11,361 nucleotides of DNA, from the IMG/VR virus record IMGVR_UViG_3300027747_001395. One strand, written 5' to 3'. Source of the stretch: a virus. Lineage: Duplodnaviria; Heunggongvirae; Uroviricota; Caudoviricetes. The notes beneath the pieces are model-generated. The model did not search any database, was not told the origin of the DNA, and saw only the letters and a program-made list of their open reading frames with translations. Numbering within the stretch: position 1 is the stretch's first letter; the number at the start of each line of letters is the position of its first letter. Position numbers and translations under genes: made by a program. This document shows, piece after piece, positions 6,393-11,361 of this stretch.

Positions 6393-8051
6393 TTAAAAAT
6401 ATAGCTGTTTAGCTAATGACATTGATAAATGATATGTAGGATCAGGAACATTACCAACACTAGCTTTACCTTGTTTGGTAATTACTTTTTGTGGAGATGG
6501 TAGATTAGTATTGTCATTTATAGCAATTAGTTGTGGTTGTTGCATTTCTTCATTCTGTTGTGATTTTTGAATGAGCTGTGTACTATTCATGTCTTGTGTT
6601 GGTTTACTTACTGGTGTAGCTTGAACATTAGATTCACTTACTGGTGCAGCAGTTGCGGCTTTAACACTAGATTCTGCGGCAGTTCCAGCTTGAACTTTAG
6701 ATTCACTTGCTACCGCCGCTGAAGGTGTGGCTGGCGTAGATTCTGCTGCAGGTGCCTTACTCACACCCGTATCAAACGAACCAGAAGAACCACCACCTCC
6801 AAAACTTCCATCTCCGGAAGAGAATCCTGCATTCTTCATCACAGTAGCGGCTTGTCCTTTTACTCCATTACTTGCTGAATCTGCAGGTGGTGATGGGCGA
6901 GCATCAATACTTTTACCTAGAGCTGCTGAAACAAGACCTTTAACTACTGTGGTTATTTCTGACATTCGATCACCAGCATTTGGGTCTTCTTCAGGTTGAA
7001 TGCCATACATTGCTGAATATATGTCACGTACTGTACTAGCAACAAATGCTGGAATTGCAGTTAAAGGCCCACCAAGACCTGATGCTGCATCCAATCCAGC
7101 ACCAATAACATCACCTTCAAGTAGTCGTCCAATAGCAAAGCCTGCACCAGCGGCAGCACCTAATATTGGAATAGATTTAAGTACAGTTTTACCAAGACCT
7201 TTTTCTATAATTGGTGCCGCTAGTTTTTCAATTGCTTTAGAAGTAGAACCACCGAGTCTGGATGCCGCCTGAGTTCCAGATCTAATCCCTCTACCTATTA
7301 CGTCTGCTGCTTTACCTAATCGTCCTGTTTTACTTATCTTTGATATATTATCATTAGCCGCAAGCTTTTCAACCATACTGGCTTCACGTCTGGCCGCTCT
7401 TGCGGCTTTATCTGCTTTACCAACTTTTGGTTTCTCAAAACCATAACGTTCTTTTAGATTATCTAAGAAACTATTACCATTAGACTCCTGAGCTTTTTCA
7501 TCTAGTATATCTATTAATGAGCTAATTGAATTTGAAAGTTTTGCTATTTCATCATTTAATGGTTCTAGTTCTAGATTTGAACCACCTGGCTCTAAGTCAC
7601 CATGTTTACCAGACTCTAGAATAGATTCTTTATTAGATGATTCGTTTGATAATAGTTGTGATACAAAATTATCTTGTTGCTTCTTTGTAATTGACTCAAG
7701 TATTTTAAGTTGATTGGCAATCAGATTAAATTGTTTTTCAAGTGTTTGTAGGGTAGGACTATTATCATTAGATACTCTAGTTGGCGTATCTAGATTTGGT
7801 ATATTGACATTATTGGATCTATTACGTGAAGTCTGTGGTGAAAAGATACCTAGTGTCTCAGTAAATAGTTTAGTCTTACCGATATTTGTTTCATCAAGCC
7901 CATATCTTGATAGGAAGTTTTTAGCAAACTGCTTCCGTTTCATGGAATTGAGACGCTTTTGAGCGGCAGCACGTCTCTCAGTAGTTGGAGCAACCACTCG
8001 CTTGGTATTTGTTATCGGTGATTTAATGCCCTTGATAGTCGGGAGCTTCAC
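6393..8051 (-). CDS. Probable tape-measure / baseplate-hub protein (gp29-like position)
   Basis: GTG start directly after the gp51 stop. Helical, Gly/Ala-rich hydrophobic segments (KSIPILGAAAGAGFAI.RL..GD..GAGLD.ASG) typical of T4-like tape-measure candidates, and position after gp26/gp51. Confidence 0.55.
   Translation of the reverse strand: MKLPTIKGIKSPITNTKRVVAPTTERRAAAQKRLNSMKRKQFAKNFLSRYGLDETNIGKTKLFTETLGIFSPQTSRNRSNNVNIPNLDTPTRVSNDNSPTLQTLEKQFNLIANQLKILESITKKQQDNFVSQLLSNESSNKESILESGKHGDLEPGGSNLELEPLNDEIAKLSNSISSLIDILDEKAQESNGNSFLDNLKERYGFEKPKVGKADKAARAARREASMVEKLAANDNISKISKTGRLGKAADVIGRGIRSGTQAASRLGGSTSKAIEKLAAPIIEKGLGKTVLKSIPILGAAAGAGFAIGRLLEGDVIGAGLDAASGLGGPLTAIPAFVASTVRDIYSAMYGIQPEEDPNAGDRMSEITTVVKGLVSAALGKSIDARPSPPADSASNGVKGQAATVMKNAGFSSGDGSFGGGGSSGSFDTGVSKAPAAESTPATPSAAVASESKVQAGTAAESSVKAATAAPVSESNVQATPVSKPTQDMNSTQLIQKSQQNEEMQQPQLIAINDNTNLPSPQKVITKQGKASVGNVPDPTYHLSMSLAKQLYF
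6606..6745 (-). repeat. Degenerate in-frame coding repeats (Ala/Ser/Glu/Pro linker)
   Basis: AGCTTGAAC(A/T)TTAGATTCACTT at 6618-6639 and 6687-6708. ACTTACTGGTG at 6606-6616 and 6636-6646. Four TAGATTC units encode ES-x-x-x-A repeats. Confidence 0.7.
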
Positions 8052-8225
8052 TTAGATTTCCTCTGTCAACTTATTTTTTTCTTTATCTAAATATGCCATA
8101 AGGAGATCAATGTAAAGATCTCGTTCAAAAGGTAACATGTCTTCTATTTCGGTAATTGAGTATTTATGATGTTGAGCCATAGCAAAAATAGTAGTATAAT
8201 AGTTTGCTAATGTGTTATGACTCAA
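8052..8225 (-). CDS. gp51: Small baseplate hub assembly chaperone (gp51-like, 57 aa; missed by the ORF track)
   Basis: (L/M)SHNTLANYYTTIFAMAQHHKYSITEIEDMLPFERDLYIDLLMAYLDKEKNKLTEEI matches the YY...F.M.QHHKYS.TE.E.M.P.ER..Y..LL pattern. The TTG start overlaps the gp26 TGA and no clear RBS is present. Confidence 0.85.
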   Translation of the reverse strand: MSHNTLANYYTTIFAMAQHHKYSITEIEDMLPFERDLYIDLLMAYLDKEKNKLTEEI

Positions 8226-8938
8226 CGCCAGGTAAAAAAATCATTTAACGTAGTAAGTTCAATCTTACGCTTAGAGCCTAATGAATTAGTATATTCGATC
8301 TTATAATACATCTGAGGAATATTATCAAAGAATGCTTTGATTTTGTCAAATGTCTCTACATTAAGATCATCTAGCCATGCTGCAAGTTCATCAGAGTCGA
8401 CTTCATTTGCAGGATATACGGTGTTCTCATCATATACAGATTCAATACATGAACGAATGAGATATTCAGTTAGTTCAGTTACTGTACTATTTTCTGGCAC
8501 ATTCTCAAGAATCTTGACTGATGGATATGACATAAGCATACCAATAGTATCCGTGATTTCAATCCGATTGGAGATTACAGTTTCAAGATTAGTTACAATA
8601 ACCTGGTCTAGATCAATCTCAAAGTCATAAATCTTATCATCTTCATTATCTCTATAAGATACATTAATGACGTTATTTACCGACATTGATCTAAGCTTGA
8701 GGAAGATGAACTCGAGATCAAATGTAGCAAGCCTATCAACATTTAGATCACGATCAGCTTGGCAACAATTCTGGATAACTTGCTTGATTGCAAGAATAAT
8801 ATCTTTTTCAGTACCGCTCTGTTGACCCATGAGAAGAATTTTTTCTTCCTTGACTGTAAATGGTCTGAATAGAATCGGCTGTTTGGTTGAAGGAATTGTA
8901 AGTTCAAATAGCGGCTTGTCAAGTTTAGGTAGTGTCAT
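8222..8938 (-). CDS. gp26: Baseplate hub assembly protein (T4 gp26 / T4_baseplate family)
   Basis: MTLPK...P.FEL.IPST...I.FRPF.VKEEKILL, L..FD.E.IFL.LR..SV, M.YP, F.KI..FF...P, GL/TL.DFF. RBS GGAG at 8946-8949 (-). Confidence 0.9.
   Translation of the reverse strand: MTLPKLDKPLFELTIPSTKQPILFRPFTVKEEKILLMGQQSGTEKDIILAIKQVIQNCCQADRDLNVDRLATFDLEFIFLKLRSMSVNNVINVSYRDNEDDKIYDFEIDLDQVIVTNLETVISNRIEITDTIGMLMSYPSVKILENVPENSTVTELTEYLIRSCIESVYDENTVYPANEVDSDELAAWLDDLNVETFDKIKAFFDNIPQMYYKIEYTNSLGSKRKIELTTLNDFFTWR
8234..8240 (-). other. Candidate -1 programmed ribosomal frameshift heptamer T TTT TTT
   Basis: gp26 reads GAT TTT TTT ACC TGG CGT TGA. The -1 frame reads TTT TTT TAC CTG GCG TTG AGT..., continuing into gp51 without a stop. 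Confidence 0.6.
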
Positions 8939-8950
8939 AAGTTAGCTCCA

Positions 8951-9598
8951 TTATTTAATAGGGAATGATCCATAAGTAATTTCAAAATCGGTATAAGCTA
9001 TAGTTACTTGTAACTTTAATGGTTGACCATCAGCCCAATTAAGAGTTAGAGGTGTGATTGCTTTAGGAAATGCCTTATAAGCATTAAAGATCATTGATGC
9101 ATTAGATTCAGTTGGGTCTGTATTATCATTATAAACATAAATTGTTAAATTAGTACTATAATAATCCTTATAACCTACTTCGTACGGAACCATGCCTGCA
9201 ACAGAACCTCGTGCATTTCGCAATTGTGACTGACCTGCCGCATGAAAGTTTACTATAGTATTCATCCAGTCATAAAAGAATTTATGAACACCTGCTTTAG
9301 TATCCAATACAAAAGTTAAATTAATATCCTCATATACTACATTATAAGGATTAAATTCGATTGGACCATAGCCTATTCTTGGTGGTCCTTCAATACCTGC
9401 AAATTGAAGCCCAGGTATTGATGCTGTTTCACAACGTAGTGCTAATTGGCCACCATTATAGATTGTCTTATATTTTGATATCGGAGAGTCTGGCCGATTA
9501 AGATAAGGAGGAACACCAAAATTTGCTACATATTTATTGTCTCTAAGTACGCCTGCTTTATTAATCTCTGCAATAAAATCATTTATCTTAACTATCAT
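8951..9598 (-). CDS. gp54: Tail-tube-fold baseplate protein (gp54-like tube initiator)
   Basis: I.DF...I...G..R.N.Y, LRCETASIPG, P...Y.DI.LTF.LD, FF..W...I, Y..N..I, AFP......L.W.......L.VT.AY. Confidence 0.7.
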   Translation of the reverse strand: MIVKINDFIAEINKAGVLRDNKYVANFGVPPYLNRPDSPISKYKTIYNGGQLALRCETASIPGLQFAGIEGPPRIGYGPIEFNPYNVVYEDINLTFVLDTKAGVHKFFYDWMNTIVNFHAAGQSQLRNARGSVAGMVPYEVGYKDYYSTNLTIYVYNDNTDPTESNASMIFNAYKAFPKAITPLTLNWADGQPLKLQVTIAYTDFEITYGSFPIK

Positions 9599-9599
9599 C

Positions 9600-10196
9600 T
9601 TAGTTACTCATTACTTTCTTTTTGGACTCTGCCCACACTTGAGTCTTTGTGGCTTTAGCAAAACGTTCAGTCGGTAGCCAAATTGCCACATCCCATTCAG
9701 AAGGGTAAATATACATAAACTTAGACTGTACATGATTAACTAGATATTGCTTCACACAAGGTTCAAAATATCTATACTTTGATGCACTAGTAAGCACCTG
9801 ATAACTAATTCTAAGTTTGGTCGATTCATCATACCTACTATTTATTCGAGTTTCATATAAAGCATCCATAAGTTTTGCTCTAAGTTCCAATGGAAGATAG
9901 TGCAAATTGATACCCCAAAATCTATTACTTTCTACTCTAAATGGAAATATAAGAGGTGCTCTATCGTAGTAAGGTAGCGTATCTTTATGTTTTGGATCGT
10001 AGAGATACATATACATTGATCCAGGTTTAATGACAGTTTTGCCTCGATCTGGATCTGAATTAATCAACTGTCGTTCGTTGATCCGACCTTGCTTTGAAGC
10101 CATTTCGCGGTACCATTTACGTGCTTCTTCAGTTCGTGCAGGAACATGCCCTGCACGGATACCTTTTGTGATAAGTTCGTCAAATACATTTGCCAT
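9600..10196 (-). CDS. gp2: DNA end protector protein (T4 gp2 homolog)
   Basis: PG.MY.Y.YDPKHK.TLPYYD..PLIF, FWG.NLHYLP...R..L, C.K.YL..HV.S.F..I...EW..A..LP.E.F. Confidence 0.9.
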   Translation of the reverse strand: MANVFDELITKGIRAGHVPARTEEARKWYREMASKQGRINERQLINSDPDRGKTVIKPGSMYMYLYDPKHKDTLPYYDRAPLIFPFRVESNRFWGINLHYLPLELRAKLMDALYETRINSRYDESTKLRISYQVLTSASKYRYFEPCVKQYLVNHVQSKFMYIYPSEWDVAIWLPTERFAKATKTQVWAESKKKVMSN

Positions 10197-10627
10197 TAAA
10201 ATAGTTCGTCCTCAGTAATTTTTATAAATTCCCAGTTTCGGTCTTTACAGTATTGCTCGGCTTGTTCCCATTTAGCTGAATTTACACCCCAAGTAGCAAC
10301 TTCATTAATATAGCGCTTTGTTGCTTTAGTCTGTAACTTTGGTGGTTTGGTTTGAGCTTTGGGTTTTACCTCAATTAAAAATGCTTTGATATTTCCTTCT
10401 TTATCTTTTCGTCTGATGAAAAAGTCAGGGAAATATCTGTGTATCCTGTTATCTATTGGTGATCTGTATGGTATTACTATTTCCTCTGAAGACCACTCTA
10501 TTACATCTGGATGAGAATCAAAGTGTAACATACATTTTAATTCCCAATGAGATCTGTAAACAATGTTAGTGGGATTACCTTTGTATTTATTCGGATTCTT
10601 GGGTGTGAATTTTCCTTTGTATGCCAT
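10196..10627 (-). CDS. gp4: Head completion protein, TnsA-like PD-(D/E)XK endonuclease fold (T4 gp4 homolog)
   Basis: MAYKGKF.PKNP.KY.G.PT.I.YRS.WE, W.SEE..IPY..P.D...HRYFPDF, IEVKP, W.VN.AKW..A...C. Confidence 0.93.
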   Translation of the reverse strand: MAYKGKFTPKNPNKYKGNPTNIVYRSHWELKCMLHFDSHPDVIEWSSEEIVIPYRSPIDNRIHRYFPDFFIRRKDKEGNIKAFLIEVKPKAQTKPPKLQTKATKRYINEVATWGVNSAKWEQAEQYCKDRNWEFIKITEDELF

Positions 10628-10638
10628 CTAAAATCCAA

Positions 10639-10646
10639 TATAAATA
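10639..10646 (+). promoter_or_regulatory. T4-type late promoter for the + strand structural genes
   Basis: Exact TATAAATA, with RBS AAAGGAAA (10667-10674) before ATG 10680. Confidence 0.8.
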
Positions 10647-10652
10647 AAGATA

Positions 10653-10660
10653 TATTTATA
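10653..10660 (-). promoter_or_regulatory. T4-type late promoter for the gp4 to lysin operon
   Basis: TATTTATA on + equals TATAAATA on -, about 25 nt upstream of the gp4 ATG. Confidence 0.8.
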
Positions 10661-10679
10661 AAAACAAAAGGAAACATTC

Positions 10680-11075
10680 ATGGCATTTAATGTCGGAAGT
10701 TTTATTAAAGATTCTGCAAAGTCTATTATTGGAAGTGCAGTAGATAATATCATCGGTAATGTTGTCAGCAATCTAGCATCCAATTCTAGACTCCCTGCTA
10801 AAAATGTAGCAGAATCTATGTTTAATATTGGTGCATCATATCAGAGTGTAGAAGCATTTGCTGCTTTGAAAACTGATACAATTATTACTGGTGCTTCAAA
10901 TGAATTCTTCGGATTGGCAGGAAAGGAACCTTCTAAGATAGGAGCTACTAACATGGCGGATCTCAGAAGTAAATCTATCACTGATATTAAGACATATCTG
11001 CAAAAGATTAACCCAGAAACCAAGATTTCAAGTAAGAAATCAGATTCTAATATTGAAATCTTGGCGGCCGTATAA
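10680..11075 (+). CDS. Hypothetical protein in the late structural module
   Basis: 131-aa ORF with its own late promoter and RBS. The stop overlaps the next ATG (TAATG). No family recognised. Confidence 0.7.
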   Translation: MAFNVGSFIKDSAKSIIGSAVDNIIGNVVSNLASNSRLPAKNVAESMFNIGASYQSVEAFAALKTDTIITGASNEFFGLAGKEPSKIGATNMADLRSKSITDIKTYLQKINPETKISSKKSDSNIEILAAV

Positions 11076-11361
11076 TGGTTGATACAATTCAAATTAATAG
11101 CCCAACCGATTCATATCTCGGTAAGTATTATACCCAGTTGACACTTGGTGAGTATAGTAGACCTGCACCATTTACAAGCTCTGAATTTAAAACAAAGAAG
11201 ATTATCTATTTCCCACTACCTGTAGATCTTAGAGATAATACTTCGGTTGGTTATAATAATAATCAGAATCTTGAATCCGTTGGAGATATAATCAATGGTG
11301 ATAGTGTTAATGATATAGGGCCTGGATTGAGAGCGGCATTAGCACGTAATTCAGGCGAATT
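11075..11361 (+). CDS. gp48: Baseplate tail-tube cap (gp48-like), 5' partial to the window end
   Basis: MVDTIQINSPTDSYLGKYYTQLTLGEYSRPAPF...KKIIYFPLPVDLRDNTSVGY..., open to the end of the window. I..P.P..L.D...V.Y is gp48-like, and the position divergent from gp4 fits. Confidence 0.6.
   Translation, partial: MVDTIQINSPTDSYLGKYYTQLTLGEYSRPAPFTSSEFKTKKIIYFPLPVDLRDNTSVGYNNNQNLESVGDIINGDSVNDIGPGLRAALARNSGE

Noticed and set aside
6727-7272. Two abutting + strand ORFs of exactly 90 aa each (6727-6999, 7000-7272)
   Set aside because: They are antisense shadows of the Gly/Ala-rich tape-measure-like gene, with no RBS, promoter or recognisable motif. Equal length appears coincidental.
8052-8180. Internal ATG (8180) as the start of a 42-aa gp51
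   Set aside because: It would remove the conserved-looking NYY segment and has no RBS. A TTG start or frameshift entry fits better.
8200-8233. Stimulatory hairpin or pseudoknot 3' of the slippery site
   Set aside because: Only a weak 4-bp stem (GTTG/TAAC) was visible, so no stimulator is claimed.
7714-8630. + strand ORFs 7714-7962 and 8337-8630
   Set aside because: They are antisense shadows of the tape-measure-like gene and gp26.
10030-11092. ORFs 10030-10218 (+) and 10841-11092 (-)
   Set aside because: They are antisense to gp2/gp4 and to the 131-aa late gene, with no independent signals.
1-11361. CRISPR arrays, tRNAs, homing endonucleases, introns/inteins, IS elements
   Set aside because: No repeat-spacer pattern, cloverleaf, free-standing HNH/GIY-YIG gene or interrupted core gene was seen. 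The gp4 nuclease fold is a core phage gene, not a transposase.

Overview
This is an AT-rich segment of a T4-like (Tevenvirinae-related, non-T-even type) myophage genome. It has three transcriptional blocks. (1) A + strand block (1-4423) holds accessory genes (end of a DUF2828-like vWA gene, a second vWA protein, a MazG-like protein, a NADAR hydrolase), then a ~270-nt intergenic region with tandem sigma70 and T4-late promoters and a structured leader, a signal-peptide SleB cell-wall hydrolase, and the core gp33-gp59-gp32 cluster with two small extra ORFs. (2) A - strand late operon (10627 to 4455) runs gp4, gp2, gp54-like, gp26, small gp51, a tape-measure-like protein, and a tail-lysozyme + M23 protein, ending at a bidirectional terminator. 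(3) A + strand late block starts at 10680 with an unknown 131-aa protein and the start of gp48. The most notable signals are a T-TTT-TTT slippery site that would fuse gp26 to the small gp51 ORF by a -1 frameshift just upstream of the tape-measure-like gene (the lambda G/G-T arrangement), and a structured, possibly switchable leader that occludes the start region of the exported hydrolase. All family calls come from recognising motifs by eye; no database searches were run.
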